Assembly (NCBI GenBank): GCA_036171595.1
Contig: JAVHRJ010000602.1
Coordinates: 136-64,135 of the forward strand
DNA: 64,000 bases
Source: Bacteroidales bacterium
GTDB taxonomy: Bacteria; Bacteroidota; Bacteroidia; Bacteroidales; GWA2-32-17
Reading direction: 5' to 3'
Shown here: positions 38,987-47,944 of the stretch, piece after piece
Numbering within the stretch: position 1 is the stretch's first letter
How the letters are laid out: each line of letters begins with the position of its first letter
Made by a program: the position numbers and the translations under genes
The notes under the pieces: model-generated
Database searches by the model: none
The model's input: only the letters and a program-made list of their open reading frames with translations
Told to the model about the DNA's origin: nothing

Positions 38987-39652
38987 TTATAAACGATCTA
39001 CATAAAACTCCTTAACCTTTTTAGAAGCTTCATTAAACTCATTTAAATTTAAAATTGTTTCTTTGTCTTTTGCTTTATTGACAATTGTTATAACAATTCT
39101 ACCACTACCCATATTAAATTCATTTTTAAAATCGTAGTATGCACCAATTATTGTAAGTTTTTTATTTGTAACTAATTCGCGATACTTTTTAAATGCAATA
39201 TTAACCTGATAATCAATATTATGTTGAATTGTAGCAGAAAGCTGATCTTCAATATTTATTTTGCCAATAGTTTTATTAATTAATGGAAATAAAAAATCGA
39301 GCTCGCGTTTAATGTTATACGATTCTTCGTTAAATCCTTTTATATAAGCTTTTATTGCTCCACAATCGGAATGTCCAAGAACCATTAAAACAGGGGTTTT
39401 TAAATGTAAAATTCCATAATCGACAGAACCTTCGCACGAAAGTATCTGATTGCCAATGTTTTCTATTTTAAATATTTTGTTAATCGTATCGGGCATTACT
39501 GCGTTTGCTGGTACTCTAGAATCAGCACAACTGACTAATGTTATATATGGATTTTGATGAGTTGCATGCCCCGAAAAATATTCTTTATTATGCAGTTTTA
39601 CAAATTCATTATTTCCTTCAACAATTTCTTTTAAAATATCGGAGGTTTTCAT
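38987..39652 (-). CDS. Beta-class carbonic anhydrase
   Basis: Zinc ligand motifs CADSR and HSDCGAIKA are present. It is the last gene of the carboxylase operon. Confidence 0.85.
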   Translation of the reverse strand: MKTSDILKEIVEGNNEFVKLHNKEYFSGHATHQNPYITLVSCADSRVPANAVMPDTINKIFKIENIGNQILSCEGSVDYGILHLKTPVLMVLGHSDCGAIKAYIKGFNEESYNIKRELDFLFPLINKTIGKINIEDQLSATIQHNIDYQVNIAFKKYRELVTNKKLTIIGAYYDFKNEFNMGSGRIVITIVNKAKDKETILNLNEFNEASKKVKEFYVDRL

Positions 39653-39724
39653 ATTTGATTTTTTATCAAATATAAAAATTTAATGTAAGTAATTGTAAAA
39701 TAAATAAAAATTAAGACTTTGAAA

Positions 39725-41731
39725 CTAATCGACTAAAGAAATAAGAGTAGTGGAAGACTCAACCATTTCACCAACTTTAACATTTACTTTATCAATTTCA
39801 CAATTTTTTGTTGCAAAAATTCGATTTTCCATTTTCATCGCTTCAATTATAATTAGAACTTCACCTTTTTTATATTCATTTCCTTCAATGGCGTTAATTT
39901 TTATAACCTTACCTGGCATTGGCGATGTTACAACATTTGTATCTTCTACAAAATCTTCTAATCTAAAAGTTGAGTTGTCTTTTTTTAATACATCTTTTCG
40001 TAACAAATTAAAAATATGTCCGCTATAACTTACAAAAGCATTCCCTTTTAAATTTTCTGAAATATATGTTGAGTAAATGTTACTGTTTATCGAAAATTTA
40101 AATTTCCCATCACTATTTTCAATTATTTCTGAATTAAATATTTGAGAATTTATTTCAAATTCGAATTTAGAATTATTTTTAAGTTTAATATCTATCTGAT
40201 ATTCTTTTTCTAAAAACATTATTTTTAATTTCATTACTTCGCGCCAATAACCTATTATATTCCATATGTTATGCTCGTCGGAATAATGTTTTCTTTCTTG
40301 AATATTTTTGTTTTTTAAAGTATATAAACAATATGCAATTAATGGAATGTACTCAGATATTTTAGATTTATTTGAATTAATGTTTTCGATAATTTGTGGT
40401 GTGTGCGTGTCGCAATATTTTGTGTTTATTAAATTATTAATAAACGATTCGTTGTTTAGTAAAGCAATTAAATAACTAATGTTTGTGTTAATACCATGTA
40501 TAATAAAGTCGTTTAAAGCATTAATCATTTTTTGAGTTGCAGATTCGCGATTGTTTTCCCAAACAATTAACTTGCAAATCATTGGGTCGAAAAAACTTTT
40601 TATTTCGGTCGATTTTGAAATGCCTGTTTCAATTCTTATATTAGAAATATTTGGTGTTTTGTAAAAACACATATTTCCTGGTGATGGTAAAAAATTATTT
40701 GATGGGTCTTCGGCATAAATTCTACATTCAATTGAATGTCCAGTTTGTTTTACATTTTGTTGTTTTATTCGAAGTTGATTTCCTGCGGCAATATAAAATT
40801 GTTCCTCTACAATATCAATGCCAGTAACCATTTCGGTAACAGGGTGTTCTACTTGAATTCTAGTGTTCATTTCAAGAAAATAGAAATTCAAATTTTTGTC
40901 AACTAAAAATTCTATTGTTCCTGCGCTATTATAGCCAATTGCTTTGCCTATTGTTACGGCAGCTTCGCCCATTTTATTTCGAACTTCTGGAGTAATTGTT
41001 GGTGATGGCGACTCTTCAATTATTTTTTGGTAACGACGCTGTATAGAGCATTCACGCTCAAATAGATGGATTACATTTCCAAAATTATCGCCTAACAATT
41101 GTATTTCGATATGACGAGGTTCTTCTATAAATTTTTCGATATAAACAGCATCATCGCCAAAATATGATTTTGCTTCGCGACTAGTTGATTCAATAGCATC
41201 GGCTAATTCTGATTCTTTATAAACAATTCTCATTCCTTTACCACCACCACCAGCTGCTGCTTTTATAAGAATTGGAAATTCGATTTTTTTTGCTGCAGAA
41301 ATTAAATTTTCGATTGTGCCAGTAACTCCTTCTGTTAAAGGAACATTTAATTTTTTTACAAAATTACGAGCTTCTATTTTATTGCCCATAATTCGCATCG
41401 ATTCGGTATTTGGTCCAATAAAAGTAATTCCAGCATTATTGCATTCTGTTACAAATTTTGAGTTTTCGGCCATAAATCCGTATCCTGGATGAATTGCATC
41501 GCAACCAGTTTGTTTGGCAACTTCTATTATTTTGCTTATGTTAAGATAAGTATCGCTTAATTCAACTTCGCCAATACAAAAGGCTTCATCAGCATAGCTA
41601 ACGTGAAGCGATTCTTTATCAACTTCAGAGTAAACTGCAACAGTTAGTATACCTAATTTTTTTGCAGTTCTCATAACCCTTACAGCTATTTCGCCTCTGT
41701 TTGCAACTAATATTTTCTTAAAAAGTTTCAT
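39725..41731 (-). CDS. mccA: Biotin carboxylase plus biotin carboxyl carrier subunit of an acyl-CoA carboxylase, most likely 3-methylcrotonyl-CoA carboxylase alpha
   Basis: 668 aa. ATP-grasp biotin carboxylase motifs (KAAAGGGGKGMR, EMNTRIQVEHPVTE) and the C-terminal biotinyl-lysine motif EAMKMEN. It is in an operon with an MCCB-like carboxyltransferase and an enoyl-CoA hydratase. Confidence 0.8.
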   Translation of the reverse strand: MKLFKKILVANRGEIAVRVMRTAKKLGILTVAVYSEVDKESLHVSYADEAFCIGEVELSDTYLNISKIIEVAKQTGCDAIHPGYGFMAENSKFVTECNNAGITFIGPNTESMRIMGNKIEARNFVKKLNVPLTEGVTGTIENLISAAKKIEFPILIKAAAGGGGKGMRIVYKESELADAIESTSREAKSYFGDDAVYIEKFIEEPRHIEIQLLGDNFGNVIHLFERECSIQRRYQKIIEESPSPTITPEVRNKMGEAAVTIGKAIGYNSAGTIEFLVDKNLNFYFLEMNTRIQVEHPVTEMVTGIDIVEEQFYIAAGNQLRIKQQNVKQTGHSIECRIYAEDPSNNFLPSPGNMCFYKTPNISNIRIETGISKSTEIKSFFDPMICKLIVWENNRESATQKMINALNDFIIHGINTNISYLIALLNNESFINNLINTKYCDTHTPQIIENINSNKSKISEYIPLIAYCLYTLKNKNIQERKHYSDEHNIWNIIGYWREVMKLKIMFLEKEYQIDIKLKNNSKFEFEINSQIFNSEIIENSDGKFKFSINSNIYSTYISENLKGNAFVSYSGHIFNLLRKDVLKKDNSTFRLEDFVEDTNVVTSPMPGKVIKINAIEGNEYKKGEVLIIIEAMKMENRIFATKNCEIDKVNVKVGEMVESSTTLISLVD

Positions 41732-41793
41732 TTGGTTAGATTATATTTATAGTTTATATATTTATTATTGATACTAGTTTCTTGTTACTTCCA

Positions 41794-42147
41794 TTAATTT
41801 TCAACATATTGAATAAATTTATTTAATTTCCTACCTAATACATCATATTCTTGAATCATAGAATTTAATTTAGAGTCTGGAAAATGGATTTCATTTATCA
41901 TTGTTAACTGTGAAATTGCTTCGTCGCAAGAAGCTTGTGAGAAAATCAGAAACCTTATAAATTCTGCTTCGTATCTTCTTCTTCCAAATCCTTCAGCAAT
42001 ATTATCTTTTATGCTTTTTGATAATCTTCGAATTTGATTACCCTGCTCGTATAAATCATAATTTGGAAGTGTTAAAGTCATTTTGTGAACCTCAATTGCC
42101 AATTTGTAGGCTATTTTATATATTTCTAACTCTTTATAACTATTCAT
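41794..42147 (-). CDS. Four-helix-bundle protein (23S rRNA intervening-sequence protein / Avd-like family)
   Basis: 117 aa with the family pattern YKELEIYKIAYKLAIEVHKMT..LP..DLYEQGNQIRRLSKSIKDNIAEGFGRR. Confidence 0.85.
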   Translation of the reverse strand: MNSYKELEIYKIAYKLAIEVHKMTLTLPNYDLYEQGNQIRRLSKSIKDNIAEGFGRRRYEAEFIRFLIFSQASCDEAISQLTMINEIHFPDSKLNSMIQEYDVLGRKLNKFIQYVEN

Positions 42148-42210
42148 AAAAATTAACTCATTTTGTCACAATTCCCTATCTTTTTACTAGAAACAAGCAT
42201 CAAGTATTTT

Positions 42211-43002
42211 TTACTTTACCCAATTTGGTTTTCTTTTTTCTAAAAATGCCGACATGCCTTCTTGTCCCTCTGTTGAAGCTCTTAAATCAGCAATCATTTT
42301 TGCAGTATATTCGAGGGTTTCGTTTAATGTTAATACATTGCAAACATCGAAAATTAACTTTTTGCAATTTGCAATTGCATTAGGTCCACTTGTTTTTAAT
42401 TGCTCGATAATTGTTATAACATAATTGTTGAGCAATTCAATTGATTCGAATGTTTTATTTACAAGTTTATAATTTTCGGCTTCATTGCCATTAATTCTTC
42501 TACCAGTCATCATTAATTCTTTGGCTCCAAACTCACCAATTCTTTTAATTACAAATGGTGAAATAGTTGCGGGAACTATTCCAATTTTAACTTCGCTTAG
42601 CGCAAAAGTTGCGTTGTTAACACAATATGCCATATCGCAAGCCGAAAGTAGCCCATTTGCACCACCAAGTGCAACACCGTGCACAATTGCTATGGTAGGT
42701 TTTTTACAAGTGTAAATAGAATAAAAACATTGATATAATTTTTTACTTTCTAATAAATTGTCGTCGTAACTTTGCTTTGCTACATCACGCATCCAATTTA
42801 AATCGGCTCCAGCACAAAACGATTTATCGCGACCTCTTAATAAAACGGCAATAATATTTTTCTCGTTGTTAATATTTAAAAAACAATCGGTAATTTCTGC
42901 AATCATTTCGCTGTTAAAAGCATTGTGAACATTTGGACGATTAAGCCAAACTGTAGCAACGGTTTGTTTAAAAACTATTTCGATAGTCTTATATTTTTTC
43001 AT
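42211..43002 (-). CDS. Enoyl-CoA hydratase/isomerase family protein, likely methylglutaconyl-CoA hydratase
   Basis: 263 aa with the crotonase fold motif (SFCAGADLNWM, ALGGANGLLSACDMAY). It lies between the two carboxylase subunits. Confidence 0.75.
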   Translation of the reverse strand: MKKYKTIEIVFKQTVATVWLNRPNVHNAFNSEMIAEITDCFLNINNEKNIIAVLLRGRDKSFCAGADLNWMRDVAKQSYDDNLLESKKLYQCFYSIYTCKKPTIAIVHGVALGGANGLLSACDMAYCVNNATFALSEVKIGIVPATISPFVIKRIGEFGAKELMMTGRRINGNEAENYKLVNKTFESIELLNNYVITIIEQLKTSGPNAIANCKKLIFDVCNVLTLNETLEYTAKMIADLRASTEGQEGMSAFLEKRKPNWVK

Positions 43003-43005
43003 TTT

Positions 43006-43530
43006 TTATGAATTAATTTTAAATCCTATCTGTTTTCTTTTTTCCCATTCATCTTTATTTTGTTTATCATCCATTAAGTATTTCAAAGCTTCATAAACAT
43101 CAGCAAACTGTTTGTTATATTTACTTTCAAGTTCTTTCATCTTTTCAGCAAGTTCCTTGTAATTTATAACAAACTGTTTTAATGCAATAAACGCTCTCAC
43201 TATTGAAACGCTTGTTTGACGGGCTTTTTTGCTTTTAAGTACATTGGCAAGCATGGTTACACCGTGTTCGGTAAAAGCGAATGGTAAAAATTTTGGATAC
43301 CTACCTTTTCCCTGTCCTTTTTCAAACATCACAAATTGTGATGTTTGAAGCTTCCATTCATCCCGTGTAAGTTGAAACATAAAGTCGTTAGGAAAAATAT
43401 CAATGTTACGTCTTACGGCTTGTTTCAATACTCTTGTTTCAACTTCGTATAGTTCGGCAAGGTCAAAATCAAGCATTACTTTTTGCTCTCTTATTTCGTA
43501 AATCTTTTTTTGAATAAATTGTAATTGCAT
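43006..43530 (-). CDS. ORF6N (KilA-N-like) domain DNA-binding protein
   Basis: N-terminal pattern IYEIREQKVMLDFDLAELYEVETRVLKQAVRRNIDIFPNDFMFQLTRDEW, followed by a C-terminal coiled coil. Confidence 0.75.
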   Translation of the reverse strand: MQLQFIQKKIYEIREQKVMLDFDLAELYEVETRVLKQAVRRNIDIFPNDFMFQLTRDEWKLQTSQFVMFEKGQGKGRYPKFLPFAFTEHGVTMLANVLKSKKARQTSVSIVRAFIALKQFVINYKELAEKMKELESKYNKQFADVYEALKYLMDDKQNKDEWEKRKQIGFKINS

Positions 43531-43606
43531 AACGATTTAGTTTTAATTTGAAGTTTCCATTTTACATCTCAAAAAATACCATATATTGTTTTTATCCAAA
43601 AAATAT

Positions 43607-45214
43607 TTACATTCTAAACACTCCAAATTTTGGTTCTGGAAATTTTTTATTAAGCGATGCTGCTATCCCCATTGCAATTACTTTACGAGTATCAATAGGG
43701 TCAATAACACCATCATCCCAAAGCCTTGCTGTACTGAAATATGCCGAACCCTCGTGGTCGTATTTTTCTAAAATGCTATTTCTTAGTTTATCAATTTCCT
43801 CTTGTGGCATAGTTTGACCTTTTTCGGCAAGTTGATCTTGTTTAACTTGAATTAAAACATTGGCAGCTTGCTCGCCACCCATTACGGAAATTTTTGCGTT
43901 TGGCCACATATTTAAAAGTCTTGGTTCGTAACCTCTGCCCGACATTGCATAATTTCCAGCGCCATTTGAACTACCAAAAATTAATGTGAATTTTGGAACG
44001 TTTGCATTTGCAACTGCATGTACCATTTTGGCTCCATTGCTGGCAATCCCACCTCTTTCATATTCTTTCCCAACAATAAAACCAGTAATATTTTGCAAAA
44101 ACAAAATTGGAGTTTTCCTAGTACAACAAAGCTCAACAAAATGAGCAGCTTTTAAAGATGATTCTGAAAATAAGACTCCGTTATTGGCAATAATTCCAAC
44201 TGGAAATCCCATTATTCTTGCAAAACCAGTAACAATTGTTGGAGCGTAGCGTGCTTTAAACTCATGAAATTTACTTCCATCAACAATTCGCATTATTATT
44301 TCTTTAGAATCGACAGGCTTTTTTAGGTCAATTGGAGCAATTCCATAAAGTTCTTCGGAATTGTAATATGGCTCTTCAATTGGAGCGATGTCAAGAATTT
44401 GTTTGTCGGGTGCCTTAAATGTTTCAAAAATATTTCTACAAATTTGAATAGCATGAACATCGTTTTCTGCAAAATGGTCGGAAACACCAGATATTGCTGT
44501 ATGAACATCGGCACCACCGAGTTCTTCGGCTGTAACAACCATTCCTGTAGCTGCTTTTACAAGAGGTGGCCCACCAATGAAAATAGTTCCTTGTTTTTTA
44601 ACAATTATTGTTTCGTCGCTCATTGCTGGCATATATGCACCTCCAGCAGTACACGAACCCATTACAATAGAAATTTGAGGAATTCCTAATGCAGATAATT
44701 GTGCTTGATTAAAAAAGAATCTTCCAAAATGATATTTATCTGGAAAAACATTTGCTTGGTCGGGTAAAAAAACTCCACCTGAATCGACCATATATACACA
44801 TGGTAAATGATTCTCTAATGCAATTTCTTGAGCACGAATATGTTTTTTAATTGTTTCTTTCATATAAGTACCGCCTTTAACTGTTGCATCATTAGCAATA
44901 ATAATGGTTTCTCTACCATGTATAACACCTATTCCCGTTACAATACCAGCACTTGGAAATTCATTGTTATACATATCGTATGCGGCTAATGGCGATAATT
45001 CTAAAAAAGGAGTGTTGGAATCGATTAATAAATCAATTCGTTCGCGTGCCAAAAGTTTACCACGTTCCTTGTGTTTTGTTACAGCTTTTTCGGAACCGCC
45101 ATTTTTTACCGATTTTAAAACGGTTTTATATTTGCTTAATAGAGTTAAATAAGCTTCTTTATTAATTTTAAACTCTTCGGAGTTTACATCAATTTTTGTT
45201 TCTAAACGATACAA
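43607..45214 (-). CDS. mccB: Acyl-CoA carboxylase carboxyltransferase subunit, 3-methylcrotonyl-CoA carboxylase beta type
   Basis: 535 aa. Long blocks match my memory of MCCC2 (RGKLLARERIDLLID..PFLELS; IIANDATVKGGTY; LPCVYMVDSGG..LP.Q..VFPD..HFGR.F.NQA; VMGSCTAGGAYMPAM; KQGTIFIGGPPLVKAATG). A CAAAnnTA box (minus-strand -7) lies 33 nt upstream. Confidence 0.85.
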   Translation of the reverse strand: MYRLETKIDVNSEEFKINKEAYLTLLSKYKTVLKSVKNGGSEKAVTKHKERGKLLARERIDLLIDSNTPFLELSPLAAYDMYNNEFPSAGIVTGIGVIHGRETIIIANDATVKGGTYMKETIKKHIRAQEIALENHLPCVYMVDSGGVFLPDQANVFPDKYHFGRFFFNQAQLSALGIPQISIVMGSCTAGGAYMPAMSDETIIVKKQGTIFIGGPPLVKAATGMVVTAEELGGADVHTAISGVSDHFAENDVHAIQICRNIFETFKAPDKQILDIAPIEEPYYNSEELYGIAPIDLKKPVDSKEIIMRIVDGSKFHEFKARYAPTIVTGFARIMGFPVGIIANNGVLFSESSLKAAHFVELCCTRKTPILFLQNITGFIVGKEYERGGIASNGAKMVHAVANANVPKFTLIFGSSNGAGNYAMSGRGYEPRLLNMWPNAKISVMGGEQAANVLIQVKQDQLAEKGQTMPQEEIDKLRNSILEKYDHEGSAYFSTARLWDDGVIDPIDTRKVIAMGIAASLNKKFPEPKFGVFRM

Positions 45215-45247
45215 GGTTTCTAAATTTTAAAAGGTTAAAACTGTTAG

Positions 45248-45255
45248 CAAACCTA
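45248..45255 (-). promoter_or_regulatory. Candidate -7 box for the mcc operon
   Basis: caaaccta on the plus strand equals TAggTTTG on the minus strand. It lies 33 nt upstream of the mccB start. Confidence 0.4.
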
Positions 45256-45286
45256 ATTAAAATTTGTAAAAATTGCAAATGAATAA

Positions 45287-45317
45287 AAAAAAGAGAATGA
45301 TAACATCATTCTCTTTT
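45287..45317 (-). terminator. Terminator downstream of glyQS
   Basis: Stem aagagaatgat / atcattctctt flanked by an A-run and a T-run. Confidence 0.65.
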
Positions 45318-45346
45318 AAAATATAGGATTCGAAACAATTAAAAAG

Positions 45347-46888
45347 CTATTTAATTAAATTAAATAAATTTTTCATGTTTAATTTTTCTTGAACTATGCT
45401 AGAAATTTGCGATACTGAAATTCTTTCTTGTTTCATTGTGTCTCTTTCGCGAATAGTTACAGTATTATCTACAAAAGTTTGCTGGTCAATTGTTAAACAG
45501 TATGGTGTTCCAATTGCATCTTGCCTACGATAACGGCGACCTATAGCATCTTTTTCATCGTACTGACACATTAAATCAAATTTCAAATTATCCATAATTT
45601 CGTGTGCTTTTTCTGCCATTCCATCTTTTTTCATTAAGGGGAGAATTGCTAGTTTTATTGGTGATAAAACAGGTGGAATTCTTAAAACAATTCTTTCTGA
45701 ACCGTCTTCAAGTTTTTCTTCGTTGTAAGCGTAGCTTAAAATTGCAAGAAATGTGCGGTCTAAACCAATAGATGTTTCTACTACATAAGGAACATAGCTT
45801 TCGTTAATTTCTGGATCGAAATATTGAAGTTTTTTTCCACTAAATTTTTGATGTTGGGTTAAATCGAAATCGGTGCGAGAGTGAATTCCTTCTAATTCTT
45901 TAAAGCCAAACGGAAATTCGAATTCTATATCGGTTGCTGCGTTTGCATAATGTGCTAATTTTTCGTGATCGTGAAAACGATATTTGCTTTCGGGAATACC
46001 AAGCGACAAATGCCATTTTTTTCGTGTAGCTTTCCAATATTCAAACCATTTCATTTCTTCGCCAGGTTTTACAAAAAACTGCATTTCCATTTGTTCAAAT
46101 TCGCGCATACGGAAAATAAACTGACGAGCAACAATTTCATTTCTAAATGCTTTGCCGGTTTGAGCTATTCCAAATGGGATTTTCATTCTTCCAGTTTTGT
46201 AAACATTTAAAAAGTTTACAAAAATTCCTTGAGCTGTTTCGGGGCGAAGAAAGATTGTTCCGGCATCATCGGTAACAGAACCCATTTGAGTCGAAAACAT
46301 TAAATTAAATTGGCGAACATCTGTCCAGTTACGAGTTCCAGAAATAGGACAAACTATTCCTTCCTCTTCAATTATTGCTTTTATTTCTGTTAAATTATTG
46401 TCGTTTAGTGCTTTATTGAATCGGGTTTTAATTGATTCAAGTTTGTTTTTATATTCAACTACTCTTGGGTTTGTTGAAATAAACATGGTGCTATCAAAAG
46501 TTTCTCCAAATCGCTTCGCAGCTTTTTCAACTTCTTTATTTATTTTTTCTTCTATTTTTGTTAAATGGTCTTCAATTAAAACATCGGCACGATAGCGTTT
46601 TTTTGAATCTTTATTGTCAATTAATGGGTCGTTAAAAGCATCAATATGTCCAGATGCCTTCCAAATTGTTGGGTGCATAAAAATAGCAGAGTCAATTCCA
46701 ACAATATTTTCGTGGAGCTGAACCATGCTTTTCCACCAATATTCGCGTATGTTATTTTTTAAAAGCGAGCCTAACTGCCCGTAATCGTAAACAGCAGCTA
46801 ACCCATCGTATATATCGCTTGAAGAGAAAATAAATCCATATTCTTTAGCGTGGCTAATAATTTTTTTAAATAATTCTTCTTGTGTCAT
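45347..46888 (-). CDS. glyQS: Glycine-tRNA ligase (dimeric GlyQS type)
   Basis: 513 aa with class II motifs (GKAFRNEIVARQFIFRMREFEQMEMQFF, ETSIGLDR) and a C-terminal anticodon-binding domain. Confidence 0.9.
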   Translation of the reverse strand: MTQEELFKKIISHAKEYGFIFSSSDIYDGLAAVYDYGQLGSLLKNNIREYWWKSMVQLHENIVGIDSAIFMHPTIWKASGHIDAFNDPLIDNKDSKKRYRADVLIEDHLTKIEEKINKEVEKAAKRFGETFDSTMFISTNPRVVEYKNKLESIKTRFNKALNDNNLTEIKAIIEEEGIVCPISGTRNWTDVRQFNLMFSTQMGSVTDDAGTIFLRPETAQGIFVNFLNVYKTGRMKIPFGIAQTGKAFRNEIVARQFIFRMREFEQMEMQFFVKPGEEMKWFEYWKATRKKWHLSLGIPESKYRFHDHEKLAHYANAATDIEFEFPFGFKELEGIHSRTDFDLTQHQKFSGKKLQYFDPEINESYVPYVVETSIGLDRTFLAILSYAYNEEKLEDGSERIVLRIPPVLSPIKLAILPLMKKDGMAEKAHEIMDNLKFDLMCQYDEKDAIGRRYRRQDAIGTPYCLTIDQQTFVDNTVTIRERDTMKQERISVSQISSIVQEKLNMKNLFNLIK

Positions 46889-46990
46889 AATTCTTAATTT
46901 TTTACAGATACAAAGATATATATTGAAAGATAAAAAATTGGTTTATGTTAATCGTTTTTTGTTTAACAATAAACTACAAGCAACAAAATT

Positions 46991-47944
46991 TTAAAATACT
47001 GCTTCTACAATTTTTCTTGTATTATCTGATTTTCCCATTGTATAGTAATGAATTACGGGAGCACCAGCTTTAACAAGTTCTTTAGATTGAGAAATTGCCC
47101 ATTCTATACCAACTTGTTTTATTTCGTCATTCGATTTGCATTTTTTTGCTTCTTTTTCTAATGCTTCAGGAATTTCGATATAAAAAGTTTTAGGTAAAAC
47201 GTTTAAATGACTTAGCATTGATATTGGTTTTATTCCTGGAACAATAGGCACATTAATTCCAATTTTTCTACATTCGTCAACAAAATTAAAATATTTTTTA
47301 TTGTCGTAAAACATTTGCGTAACAATATACTCAGCGCCTGCATCTATTTTTTCTTTTAAATAAAAAAGATCGCTTTTCATATTTGGAGCTTCGGGATGTT
47401 TTTCGGGATAGCCTGCTACTCCTACAGAAAAACAAGTTTTAGTGCGATTTAATAATTCATCGTCTAAGTATATTCCTTTATTAAGATTCATAACTTGCTT
47501 AACTAAATCAATGGCATGAGTGTTTCCGCCTTCTTCGGGAACAAATTCTCGTAGCGATTTATCGGGGTCGCCACGAACAATTAAAGCATTTCGTATTCCT
47601 AAAAAATGCAATTCGAGCAAAGCGTTTTCAGTTTCCTCTCGCGAAAAACCTCCACAAATAATATGTGGAACAACTTCTATTCCGTATTTATAGTGTAAAG
47701 CAGCCGAAATAGCAACTGTGCCAGGGCGTTTTCGAACAGTTCTTTTTTCTAACAATCCATTTGAAAGTGTTTTGTAAACAAGTTCTTCTCTGTGATATGT
47801 TACATTTAAAAAAGGTGGCTTAAATTCAAGTAATGGTTCTATTGTTTTATATATACCTTCTATACTATCGCCCTTTAAAGGTGGTAATATTTCGAATGAA
47901 ATTAAAGTTTTTTTTGTGTTGTTTAAAATATCTGCAACTTTCAT
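46991..47944 (-). CDS. metF: Methylenetetrahydrofolate reductase
   Basis: 317 aa with the MetF pattern (ISFEILPP, NVTYHRE, VPHIICGG, AGAEYIVTQMFYD). Confidence 0.85.
   Translation of the reverse strand: MKVADILNNTKKTLISFEILPPLKGDSIEGIYKTIEPLLEFKPPFLNVTYHREELVYKTLSNGLLEKRTVRKRPGTVAISAALHYKYGIEVVPHIICGGFSREETENALLELHFLGIRNALIVRGDPDKSLREFVPEEGGNTHAIDLVKQVMNLNKGIYLDDELLNRTKTCFSVGVAGYPEKHPEAPNMKSDLFYLKEKIDAGAEYIVTQMFYDNKKYFNFVDECRKIGINVPIVPGIKPISMLSHLNVLPKTFYIEIPEALEKEAKKCKSNDEIKQVGIEWAISQSKELVKAGAPVIHYYTMGKSDNTRKIVEAVF

Noticed and set aside
41794-42147. Diversity-generating retroelement, considered because the four-helix-bundle protein belongs to the Avd family
   Set aside because: There is no reverse transcriptase ORF and no template/variable repeat pair within the surrounding operon.
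43548-43817. ORFs 43548..43817 and 43586..43771 (+)
   Set aside because: They start in the mccB/ORF6N spacer and run antisense into the 3' end of mccB. No -7 box or recognisable motif supports them.
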